Made by a program: the position numbers and the translations under genes
Notes under the pieces: generated by a model
Database searches by the model: none
What the model was told of the DNA's origin: nothing
Seen by the model: only the letters and a program-made list of their open reading frames with translations
Assembly (NCBI GenBank): GCA_027003075.1
Contig: JALWYV010000042.1
Location: forward strand, 11,146-75,145
Reading direction: 5' to 3'
Source: a candidate division WOR-3 bacterium
GTDB lineage: Bacteria > Hydrothermota > Hydrothermia > LBFQ01
DNA length: 64,000 bases
Shown here: piece after piece, positions 56,034 to 64,000 of the stretch
How the letters are laid out: every line of letters starts with the position of its first letter
How positions within the stretch are numbered: position 1 is the first letter of the stretch

Positions 56034-57476
56034 TCAGGCGGTTGACCCCACCCTTACCTTCCGGAAGGCCGCAGGTGAGGCCCCGTGGCCTGTGTCCATG
56101 GACTGCCCCGGCTCCCCCTTGCCGCAGTGGGGAAGACCCCAGAGCTTCCACTCGTCCTTTCCGGCGAGGGCGTACATGCTCCCCCAGAACTCCGGCGTTA
56201 TCCCGTAGTAGATGACGTTCCTTAAAGGCTCGGCCAGTTTCCCGTTCCTTATGCGGTAGGCCACCTCCGTTGAGAACTGGAAGTTGAGCCTCCTCTGGTC
56301 TATGGACCAGGACCTGTTGAGGTCCATGTATACGCCGTCCTTTATCTCGGATAGGATATCGTCAAGCGTCCCTTCGCCGGGGAGGAGGTATACGTTCGTC
56401 ATACGTACCATGGGCATGCGGTTGAACCCGCTCGCCCTCGCCATACCTCCGCTGCGATTCAGACCTATAGCCCATGCGCTGTCCCGCGACGAGAGGTAGC
56501 CGACGAGGATACCCTCCCTTATGAGCTCAACCCTCTGGGCCTCCACCCCCTCGTCGTCCCATCCGAAAGTTCCGAGACCCCGCTTCAGGGTGGCGTCCGC
56601 GACGATGTTCATCAGGGGGGAACCGTACCGTAGTTTTCCGAGGTTCTCTATGCGGGCGAAACTGGTGCCGGCGTAGCTGGCCTCGTAGCCTATAGCCCTG
56701 TCCAGCTCAAGGGGATGGCCGACGCTCTCGTGTATCTGTAAGATCATCTGATGGGTGCCGAGAACCAGAGTCGTCTCCATCTCCTCTTTAAGGGTGTCGG
56801 CCTTTGCGAACATTATGGCTTCTTCCCTTATCTGATCCGCGTACCTCAGGAAGTCCATCTCCTCTACGAACTCCCATCCGGCCTGAAGGTGGTTTCCGCC
56901 GTGGGGGGCAGGGTAGGAACGGTGGGCAAGTACACCGTCCACGAAGGCGTAGGCCGTGTACCCTCCTCCCGTCATGTATATCGTCTGCTTCAGGAAGGAC
57001 CCTTCGCTGTTCACGAAGACCTTCTCTATCTTGCGGAAGTGCAGGCTTCCCGTTCTGAGTACGATCTTCGGATCCTTCGCCAGTATCTCGTCCACCTTCA
57101 TGAGGAGGTCTATCTTCCGGTCAACGGGTACGGTGAAGGGATCAACCCCTACCTCCGTACGGTACTCCCCCTCGTGCCTCGGCTCCGACAGGAAGGGCTT
57201 CGTCTTACCGAGGGCTTTGTACGAAGCCTTTGCGTACGCCAGCGCCCTTTCGGAGGCCTTTACGACCTCGTCTATCAGTACGCGGTTAGTGGCGGCGAAA
57301 CCTATGGAACCACCCACCACCGCGCGGACCCCTATACCTTCCTCAACGCTTTCCGATACGCTCTCCAGCCTTCCGTTCCTGACCGTTACGTCCTGTGAGG
57401 TTATCCTGACGAACCTCGCCTCGCCGTAGTCCGCCTCCTTTAGCTTTTCAAGGGCAACGTGAAGGTACTTCTCCAT
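56034..57476 (-). CDS. tldD: TldD-family metalloprotease
   Basis: HESVGHPLELDR (HExxxH) and the family C-terminal GxC-containing region (GLPHCGKGEPGQ). TAGAAT (plus coords 57484-57489) lies 7 nt upstream of the ATG. Confidence 0.8.
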   Translation of the reverse strand: MEKYLHVALEKLKEADYGEARFVRITSQDVTVRNGRLESVSESVEEGIGVRAVVGGSIGFAATNRVLIDEVVKASERALAYAKASYKALGKTKPFLSEPRHEGEYRTEVGVDPFTVPVDRKIDLLMKVDEILAKDPKIVLRTGSLHFRKIEKVFVNSEGSFLKQTIYMTGGGYTAYAFVDGVLAHRSYPAPHGGNHLQAGWEFVEEMDFLRYADQIREEAIMFAKADTLKEEMETTLVLGTHQMILQIHESVGHPLELDRAIGYEASYAGTSFARIENLGKLRYGSPLMNIVADATLKRGLGTFGWDDEGVEAQRVELIREGILVGYLSSRDSAWAIGLNRSGGMARASGFNRMPMVRMTNVYLLPGEGTLDDILSEIKDGVYMDLNRSWSIDQRRLNFQFSTEVAYRIRNGKLAEPLRNVIYYGITPEFWGSMYALAGKDEWKLWGLPHCGKGEPGQSMDTGHGASPAAFRKVRVGSTA

Positions 57477-57500
57477 AGGGGGGATTCTATTGCGGAAAGG

Positions 57501-59282
57501 CTACCTGCTCATTATCTGTTCCAGAGGGGTAGGGGGATACACCTGTACATCCACCTCAGGAGGCACGTACCCCTTTGATTCCTCCAGATACGTCTGCAGG
57601 TCGTCCGCCATCTCCCTATCCACGGCCATGAAGGTTAGGAAGTTGCTTCCGGGATAGTAGACGTCCTCCACCTTCCAGGTTCCCACCACAAGCCACTCTC
57701 CGGGCAGTCCTCCGTACTTCACGTACCACCCCGGACGGAGTATAGCAGCCTCTATGTCGTACTTTTTAACGAGGTACCTCATGAAGTCAGTGTTGAACCT
57801 TCCCTCGTGAATGGCCTTCGCCACCTCGTAAGTTCCGAGACCCACAAAGTCAACGACCTTAGCGTCGGAGAGGAAGGAGACGTAACCTATGTCGTCCATG
57901 GCTATACCCTTACCGTTGAAGTGCCTGCTTACGAAAACGGCCAGGTGGTAGTTCTTGAGGTGGGTTATACGTACGGCCGGAGTTATGTCCTTCAGGACTG
58001 TCAAACCCCTGAGCAGGAGGGGTACAAGGAGGACGATCCAGCCCAGCGTGATGAAGGCCCTCCGTACGTTCGGAAAGCCCCTGGAGAGGAGAAGGTAAAA
58101 GGCCAGGGTCAGCGCTATTAGGTAGGCCTCGTACCGGAAGAACCATCCGAAACCTCCCCTGTGGAAGTGGGCGAGGAGTACGACAGCGAGCAGGAAGGAG
58201 AGGACGACGCCCTTTTCCCACTTTACGTTTCCGTTGTAAAGGCTCAGGAGTGTGAGAAGCAGACCGAGCTTGGCCACGAGAATGGAGAGGGAAAAGATCA
58301 GGGAGGGTACGCCTTTGAGATAGTAACGGTCTATGAAGACTCCGGCATCAAGGAATACGGGCAGGTTCCGGGCGAGACCGAGGAGAAGTATGAGGGAAAA
58401 ACCGAGGATGGCCAGACCGAGGATCCTGCGTAGGGTCTCTTCCTTCCAGACGGCGAAGGTGAGGTAAACGAAGGCGGCGATCAGGGCCGACTGCGCTGAC
58501 AGGTGGGTGAGCTTCGGGGTGTAGTAAAACAGATCCATAAGACCTCCCCCTTTCGTCCCCTTGAGGTAGTAGGTGTTGGGCAGGAAGCCGTTACCGTTAG
58601 CCTTACTCCACAGGCCGAGCAGGACTACGGGTAAAAAGGAAACTACCGCGTAAGAGAGGGCCTCCTTCCATCTTCTGCTTATCAGAAAGAGCATGAAGAC
58701 CCCTGCAATCAACGCCCAAGACTCCGGACGGACGACGGCCGCCACGGACGAAGATCCGTAGAGCAGGTAGTAAAGTCCCCTTTCTTTCCGACCCGAGAGG
58801 ATAAGGGCCGCGGACCAGACGGTCAGGGCCATGGTCAGGATCTGGAGGAGGTGTTCCAGACCGGTGAAGGTCAGACCCCAGAAGGACGTCAGAAAGAGGA
58901 GGACGAGCAGGAAGACCGCAGATCTCCCCGTGGGGATCTTTTCGCGGTCGTAGATGTGAGCCAGAGCCAGAAGGGCGCCCACACCGGAAAGGAGGGCCAG
59001 TACAAAAGGTACCCATATCTTAAGCCCCACGAGTTTAAACCCTCCGGATATGAGGAACGTCCACAGGGGGGAGGATGAGGCGTTGGAGAAGTAGTAGCGG
59101 GTTATTCCGTACACGCCGTGGAGGGCGAAGTTCTTGGCTATGGCCATGTGGATGTAGGCGTCGTCTATGACGTACAGGTTTTTACCCTCCGTGATGCTCC
59201 AGAGCCTGAGGGCGTAGTAAATGGCCACAGACAGGTAAACCAACACCGCAACCGAAAGAGGCAGGAATCTTCTTACTTTCAA
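57501..59282 (-). CDS. large polytopic membrane protein, possibly a GT-C-fold glycosyltransferase
   Basis: About 13 TM segments, an acidic motif after TM1 (YVIDDAYIHMA) and a soluble C-terminal domain. TTG start. Family assignment is tentative. Confidence 0.35.
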   Translation of the reverse strand: MKVRRFLPLSVAVLVYLSVAIYYALRLWSITEGKNLYVIDDAYIHMAIAKNFALHGVYGITRYYFSNASSSPLWTFLISGGFKLVGLKIWVPFVLALLSGVGALLALAHIYDREKIPTGRSAVFLLVLLFLTSFWGLTFTGLEHLLQILTMALTVWSAALILSGRKERGLYYLLYGSSSVAAVVRPESWALIAGVFMLFLISRRWKEALSYAVVSFLPVVLLGLWSKANGNGFLPNTYYLKGTKGGGLMDLFYYTPKLTHLSAQSALIAAFVYLTFAVWKEETLRRILGLAILGFSLILLLGLARNLPVFLDAGVFIDRYYLKGVPSLIFSLSILVAKLGLLLTLLSLYNGNVKWEKGVVLSFLLAVVLLAHFHRGGFGWFFRYEAYLIALTLAFYLLLSRGFPNVRRAFITLGWIVLLVPLLLRGLTVLKDITPAVRITHLKNYHLAVFVSRHFNGKGIAMDDIGYVSFLSDAKVVDFVGLGTYEVAKAIHEGRFNTDFMRYLVKKYDIEAAILRPGWYVKYGGLPGEWLVVGTWKVEDVYYPGSNFLTFMAVDREMADDLQTYLEESKGYVPPEVDVQVYPPTPLEQIMSR

Positions 59283-59377
59283 GATACGATAATTCTATAA
59301 GGGAAAGGTACGCTCGCCTGTGAACACCCTTAAACCCATCCAAACACGCTGCCTTTCCCTATACCAAATATACCCCT

Positions 59378-60817
59378 TTATCTCCTGATCACTTTACGTA
59401 GTCCGTATGGCGTTCTGACGAAGAATATCCCCTTACTCCCCACATTCCGCACCTTTTGACCGGACACCGTATATATCCCTACGGGGGAAGTATCGTCCCT
59501 TCTTAAACCCTCATAGACCTTAGTTTCCTCGTGTCCGAGAGGACAAATTTCCATCGCTATCGGCGTTATGGGTACCGCACTCAGGGCAACGTTGGTCTGG
59601 ATAGGAATACCCGAAAACGTGACCATTAAAGGTTCTTCCACGCGAGGATGGTGAGTGGTTGTGGTGGGAGAAAGATCCAGTCCATCGCAGATTGAATGTA
59701 TACTTCCCGCGGTGTCGGTTCTCAGGAGGAACGTACTATTTAGGTCAACGTTCGTCAATATGGCTATCCCATCGGCACCTACGGGTTGCATCATAACACT
59801 CTCGCTGTTTCCCACGTTGAAACTCCTCATCCGGTATACGTTTCCGAGCGTATCCATTCTGGTCAGGATCTCGTATCCTGAGAAGTTCCCTCCGAGCCAG
59901 ATGTCTGGAAGGGTGCCTATCCCCACAATACGCAGGTTTGAAAAGCCCGTTCCTAAGGATTTAAGCCAATTAACGTTTCCTGAAGAATCAATCTTCATCG
60001 CGAATCGCCCCCATTCCTCGCTACTTCCCGTAACGAACATACTACCGTAGGGCGAAAGGTAACAATCATCAAAGTTGTCCCTCGTATAACGGGAAGAGTA
60101 ATACCTCCTCGCCCATATCAGATTACCATCGGGATCTACCTTGAATATCGTACCGTCCCACCAGTCAAGGTCATCCCAGTACAGGGAGGCGCAGAACACG
60201 TAGTTTCCATCCGGAAGTTTGTGAAGCACACCGGGAAAACCGTAACCGGCGTACGTCCCTCTTTCTATAGTCCTGAAACTCAGGAGGTTCCCTGATGGGT
60301 CAAGTTTCATTACGAAGATACCGTAGTAGCCCGTAGTTCTGGCCAGAACCGTATCCACGACCCCGTTTACGAGATAGGTACCATCCGGAAGTTGCACTAC
60401 CGATCTGGCAAACTCAACTCTCGTCCTTGAAAGACAGTTTTTGCAGTCTCCGTATACGTAGCCGAAAGCCTTTGCCCATTCCACGTTTCCACCGGCATCG
60501 GTCTTCACGATGAAAATATCCCAGCGCCCGGCTCCCCAGCTCTCCGTGGAACCCCCAACGATATAGCCTCCGTCGTCGGTCTGGTACACGTAATCTCCCC
60601 ACTCCCTATACATCCCGCCGTAGGTTTTAACCCACTCTACGCTACCGAGGGAATCCACCTTCAGAAGGAATATGTCGTGCTGCCCTCCGGACTTCCACGT
60701 TCCCACAATTGCGTATCCACCATCGTCGGTGGTTATTAACCACTTACCCTCAAGCGTATCCCCTATACTTCCGCCGTACCTCATGCCGAAACCGAAGGCA
60801 ACCACCCAAACTACCAT
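59378..60817 (-). CDS. secreted beta-propeller-type repeat protein with T9SS-type C-terminal domain
   Basis: Repeats of the form DGGYxIVG...G..DIFLxKxDxxGxxxWxKxxG occur at least four times. The tail is ...VGIYTVSGQKVRNVGSKGIFFVRTPYGLRKVIRR. Confidence 0.65.
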   Translation of the reverse strand: MVVWVVAFGFGMRYGGSIGDTLEGKWLITTDDGGYAIVGTWKSGGQHDIFLLKVDSLGSVEWVKTYGGMYREWGDYVYQTDDGGYIVGGSTESWGAGRWDIFIVKTDAGGNVEWAKAFGYVYGDCKNCLSRTRVEFARSVVQLPDGTYLVNGVVDTVLARTTGYYGIFVMKLDPSGNLLSFRTIERGTYAGYGFPGVLHKLPDGNYVFCASLYWDDLDWWDGTIFKVDPDGNLIWARRYYSSRYTRDNFDDCYLSPYGSMFVTGSSEEWGRFAMKIDSSGNVNWLKSLGTGFSNLRIVGIGTLPDIWLGGNFSGYEILTRMDTLGNVYRMRSFNVGNSESVMMQPVGADGIAILTNVDLNSTFLLRTDTAGSIHSICDGLDLSPTTTTHHPRVEEPLMVTFSGIPIQTNVALSAVPITPIAMEICPLGHEETKVYEGLRRDDTSPVGIYTVSGQKVRNVGSKGIFFVRTPYGLRKVIRR

Positions 60818-60907
60818 GCCGTAGTAATTTTAAATCCGTACCGGATTTATCGTATGCCGTCTGGCAGGAATTCTCTCCGCATAGGGGTTCGGCCTTAAGA
60901 TTCGCAT

Positions 60908-61138
60908 ATGTGGTTGTACGTGGTTCTGGTGATTGTAGGCTTGATACTCTGGCTAAACAACCTCGGTTTTGAGGTTATAAACTTTGGAAGGGACTGGCCC
61001 CTCCTTCTCGTTTTAGTGGGCATATGGGGTATCGTGGAGAACTACATGAAACAGAATAGGAGGAAAAAGACGGTTAAAAGACCTTCCTCAGGTTCAGGTA
61101 AATCCCCCTCCCCGGAAGGGGCAGGGACTTCGGATTGA
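60908..61138 (+). CDS. small two-TM membrane protein with a basic/Ser-Pro tail (DUF5668/LiaF-N-like)
   Basis: MWLYVVLVIVGLILWLNNLG...WPLLLVLVGIWGIV. TAAGAT (60896-60901) lies 6 nt upstream of the ATG. The 3' 65 nt overlap the convergent receptor gene. Confidence 0.45.
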   Translation: MWLYVVLVIVGLILWLNNLGFEVINFGRDWPLLLVLVGIWGIVENYMKQNRRKKTVKRPSSGSGKSPSPEGAGTSD

Positions 61139-63134
61139 GGGTACGGTACGCTACGGCGTTGTTAACGTTGGATATACCGCCATCCACCTCAGCTCCGAGT
61201 ACCTTCCCCCGGATCCCGAAGTTCAGCAGGAAGAAGGATGGACGGGGAACCTCAACGACCGCCACGTCCTCAACCGCTGGCCTGTACTCCCCCTTTACGT
61301 AGGGCTTGAACCTGCCTTCGTACTCCCACGTTATCTTCAAAACCGATGGGATGATCCCCGACACGACCCTGTCTCCGGCCTTACCGTTCAGGTGGGTGTA
61401 GGAGAGACGCAGGGTATTCCGGAAGAGGTTCACGGAGAGGATCGTTTCCATGCCGAGGACTACCGTACGGCCGGGGACGTTGGTGTAGTAAAATATGGAA
61501 TCACCCTCCGGTGTAAGGGTGTCGCTCCTCGTTAGATCTACGTAGTCGGTTATGGAAGTCGCGAAGGTCAGAACCTCAAGGCTTACCCTATCACCCATCC
61601 ACCTTAAACCGAAGTCTCCTCCCATGCCCCTTTCGGGGTTGAGGTCGGGGTTGCCGAGTACGAAGCCCCTCGGATGGGGTGAACGGGAGCTGCTCTCGGT
61701 CAGGGTCGGGAAGCGGTACGAGGTCTCAAGGTTGACCGAAAGGACAACATCCCTTAACGGGAACCTTCCCCCTACGTGGAAGGACGGGATTACCCTCCAT
61801 CCCTTTACGTTACTCGCCGTGTAAAGGCCTACCCTTCCCCCACCGGAGAGTAGTACGTTCCCCACACGGTAGTCGCCAAAGAGGAAGAGGCCGGCGTCGT
61901 GTACCGTAGCGCTGGCCATCTCGTCGTAGAGCCACCTGCCGTCCTCAAATACGGATGAGGTCATCCCTATACGACCGAAGTACGAGGCACCTACGTGAAG
62001 ACCACCCCTATCAAACTGAAAACGCAGGGTCACGTCTCTGCCCCTCCTCAGGTTGTCCTTTACCTTACCCTCCTTAACCTTCCTGGCCAGAACCGTATAA
62101 CCGTGATAACCAGCAGAGAGAAACCGGCTACCGAAAAGGAGGAAGACGTGATCCATATCCGGGTAGTACATGGTCCCCGTGTAGGCACGGTAGAAGTCCC
62201 GCGTTGAAAAGAGGGCAGCCTTCAGGCTCGTTCCCCATCTCCTGACCTCAAGGATAGTCCCGAACTTCCGGTTGGAGGAGGGGGCCTTTAGGGAGCCGGA
62301 TCCCCAGAAACCGTTGGACCTGAGCGTATCCGGATAGGTGTAATCTCCGGATAGGGACGTGGCCACGCCCACGTAAAGGGAATCAACCGGAGAGTGTCCG
62401 ACGTACACGGACGCGTTGGGCTGGTTGCTCCTGAGGTGCAGGGAGAACTCGTCCGGATCCCCCACCCCCTTGAGGAGGTACATCACCGTTCCCCCCATGG
62501 CGTCCGATCCGAAGGGTACGCTCCCACCCTCGGCCACCTCAACCGCCCTTACCACACCCACGGGAGCAAAAAAGAGGGAGGGGCCAATTTCCCTCTCCGT
62601 ACTCAGGCGTACAAAGTCCAGAACGACGAGGGTGCGGAAGAAGGCCAGACCCCTCACCGCAGGCACGGAAGCGGTCGGATCCTTACCCACGAAGACCACA
62701 CCGGGGATATTTTCAAGGGCATCGTCCGGCCTCATGGTGAAGCCGGATGGGTACAGTACCTCCTCCCTCCTTACCGCCCTTACGGGACGGGTTGAAACGT
62801 TCTCCCCAACGGTCTTCTCAACCACCACCTCCGGAAACATGTACTCCGAAGGCTCAAGTTCTAATGCTATCTTTGTCTTAGAGCAGGTTAGGACCAGGGA
62901 CGTGTCCCTGTACCCGACGTGGTAAACGTGTACGGTATCACCCTCACTTACGTTCAGTATAACCCTACCCTCCTGATCGGTATACGTGGATAACCTCCCC
63001 ACCTTCACGTAGGCGTTGGGTAAAGTCTTGATCTCCACCCTGCAGGTTCCGGCGAACAGAAGAAAGAGCATGGTGAGGATTGTAAGGCGTGTACCCTTTA
63101 GAGGTCTTCGGGGTAGATGTACGGCATACGCCAC
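61074..63134 (-). CDS. TonB-dependent receptor with an N-terminal carboxypeptidase-regulatory-like domain
   Basis: Signal peptide, CarbopepD_reg-like beta-sandwich (YTDQEGRVILNVSEGDTVHVYHVGYRD), plug region (LENIPGVVFVG), long beta-barrel, terminal ...YLNLRKVF. Confidence 0.85.
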   Translation of the reverse strand: MAYAVHLPRRPLKGTRLTILTMLFLLFAGTCRVEIKTLPNAYVKVGRLSTYTDQEGRVILNVSEGDTVHVYHVGYRDTSLVLTCSKTKIALELEPSEYMFPEVVVEKTVGENVSTRPVRAVRREEVLYPSGFTMRPDDALENIPGVVFVGKDPTASVPAVRGLAFFRTLVVLDFVRLSTEREIGPSLFFAPVGVVRAVEVAEGGSVPFGSDAMGGTVMYLLKGVGDPDEFSLHLRSNQPNASVYVGHSPVDSLYVGVATSLSGDYTYPDTLRSNGFWGSGSLKAPSSNRKFGTILEVRRWGTSLKAALFSTRDFYRAYTGTMYYPDMDHVFLLFGSRFLSAGYHGYTVLARKVKEGKVKDNLRRGRDVTLRFQFDRGGLHVGASYFGRIGMTSSVFEDGRWLYDEMASATVHDAGLFLFGDYRVGNVLLSGGGRVGLYTASNVKGWRVIPSFHVGGRFPLRDVVLSVNLETSYRFPTLTESSSRSPHPRGFVLGNPDLNPERGMGGDFGLRWMGDRVSLEVLTFATSITDYVDLTRSDTLTPEGDSIFYYTNVPGRTVVLGMETILSVNLFRNTLRLSYTHLNGKAGDRVVSGIIPSVLKITWEYEGRFKPYVKGEYRPAVEDVAVVEVPRPSFFLLNFGIRGKVLGAEVDGGISNVNNAVAYRTLNPKSLPLPGRGIYLNLRKVF

Positions 63135-63385
63135 CCCTTAAGGTACATGAACAGCCTTACGAGTGTAAACAGGAGGTACAGGAAAATGAGTAGGGTCAAC
63201 GCCCTTATACGGTTCCTGTGACCGATGAAGGGAAATAGGAGGATAACGAACAGGGATACGAGGGTGAGGGGGTTCCAGTACAGGCTCTCTAAGATATCCC
63301 CGTGGAGAAGGGCCATGATTGACCTGTAGGTACCGCATCCACCGTCCGGTATTCCGGTAAGGCTCCTGTAGGGGCAGGCGTACAC
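63098..63385 (-). CDS. DUF2752-like small membrane protein
   Basis: CPYRSLTGIPDGGCGTYRS resembles the DUF2752 CP-x-R-x-x-TG-x-x-CPGCG motif, followed by two TM segments. GTG start. Confidence 0.55.
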   Translation of the reverse strand: MYACPYRSLTGIPDGGCGTYRSIMALLHGDILESLYWNPLTLVSLFVILLFPFIGHRNRIRALTLLIFLYLLFTLVRLFMYLKGWRMPYIYPEDL

Positions 63386-63407
63386 GTTTAAATCCTAAGC
63401 CCGAACG

Positions 63408-64000
63408 CTATCCCAGACCTACGAGGGCAAGGAGAATATGGTATATCGCCCTTGAAATCGGGAAGATGATCATGCCGAGTACGTCAAACATGGGCAGAAG
63501 TATGGACAGGAGTATGAGACCGAGGAGGACGTACTGCAGTTTCCTTTCCAGTTCGTAGTTCCAGTATAGGGACGGGTTGAACCCCTGTAGTACCCGCCAC
63601 CCGTCAAGGGGTGGAAGCGGTATCATGTTGAAGACCGCCAGAATGACGTTGAGCCACACGAAGGTGTCCACGGCCGGAAGCGCCCACGGTGCGACGAAGA
63701 CGGATATCCGATATATTATGACCCCGAGGAGGGCGAGGAGAAGGTTGGAGATCGGCCCGGCAGCGGCCACTATCGCCATATGGACCGGAGGGTTACGGAA
63801 GCGGGAGGGATCCACCGGAACGGGCTTCGCCCATCCGAACCCCACCAGTATGAGGGCCATAAGACCGAACCAGTCTATGTGTACGAGAGGGTTAAGGGTC
63901 AGTCGGCCGGAGTACTTGGCGGTAGGGTCGCCTAACCGGTAGGCCGTCCACGCGTGGGCGAACTCGTGGAAGGTGAGGGCGAGGACCATGAAGGGAAGAA
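63408..64000 (-). CDS. site-2 protease family (M50) zinc metalloprotease, 5' end beyond the window
   Basis: HEFAHAW (HExxH), NLLLA-type and PLPPLDG motifs. The reading frame stays open upstream of the track start (63989) to the window edge. Confidence 0.75.
   Translation of the reverse strand, partial: LPFMVLALTFHEFAHAWTAYRLGDPTAKYSGRLTLNPLVHIDWFGLMALILVGFGWAKPVPVDPSRFRNPPVHMAIVAAAGPISNLLLALLGVIIYRISVFVAPWALPAVDTFVWLNVILAVFNMIPLPPLDGWRVLQGFNPSLYWNYELERKLQYVLLGLILLSILLPMFDVLGMIIFPISRAIYHILLALVGLG

Noticed and set aside
60908-61138. Treating the 65-nt convergent overlap between the small membrane-protein ORF and the TonB-dependent receptor as evidence that the small ORF is spurious.
   Set aside because: The ORF has a proper -10 box at the standard 6-nt spacing and two convincing TM segments. 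Only its low-complexity tail overlaps. It is kept as a feature at moderate confidence, and the overlap is not raised as a finding.
1-64000. CRISPR arrays, rRNA genes, tmRNA, RNase P or SRP RNA, and long tandem or interspersed DNA repeats.
   Set aside because: I checked the intergenic regions individually. I saw no periodic repeat-spacer structure and no rRNA-like or other conserved RNA sequences. The only DNA-level repeat found is the 43661-43850 / 44150-44333 duplication. Small structured RNAs cannot be excluded without covariance-model searches.

Overview
This 64 kb window looks like a chromosomal segment from a moderately GC-rich, thermophile-like diderm bacterium. The proteins are rich in E, K, R, V and Y. 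Envelope genes lpxA, lgt, lnt, a TonB-dependent receptor and a SEDS polymerase are all present. Coding density is very high on both strands. About 60 CDS are supported, and most are housekeeping: rsmH, uvrA, bcp, acyP, apgM, phoH, a pgpH-like gene, nuoD, lpxA, rpe, gcvH, gcvPA, polX, secG, tldD, lgt, lnt, an S41 protease and an acyl-CoA carboxyltransferase. There are two tRNA genes (initiator tRNA-Met and tRNA-His), one decayed IS630-family element, several intrinsic terminators, one frameshifted gene and one gene remnant. I saw no rRNA genes, CRISPR arrays, integrases or recognisable defence systems. The main points worth a second look are listed here.

- **Leaderless promoters.** A TAnAAT box sits 5-11 nt upstream of the start codon at the head of nearly every transcription unit I checked.
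- **T9SS-type cargo.** Five proteins and one remnant end in the same C-terminal sorting-domain-like sequence.
- **Orphan HerA-like ATPase.** It is translationally packed between a small lipoprotein gene and a SEDS cell-wall polymerase gene.
- **AT-rich islet (18439-21595).** It holds an orphan 561-aa gene, a truncated ORF, the dead IS630 copy and a sorting-domain remnant.
- **36-codon micro-gene.** It is a self-contained unit with its own promoter, Shine-Dalgarno sequence, ORF and terminator.
- **Tandem membrane-protein paralogs.** The duplication also carries a copy of the initiator-tRNA promoter.
- **Stand-alone nuoD.**
- **Uncharacterised five-gene envelope-modification operon.**

All family calls come from reading motifs by eye. 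No database search was run.
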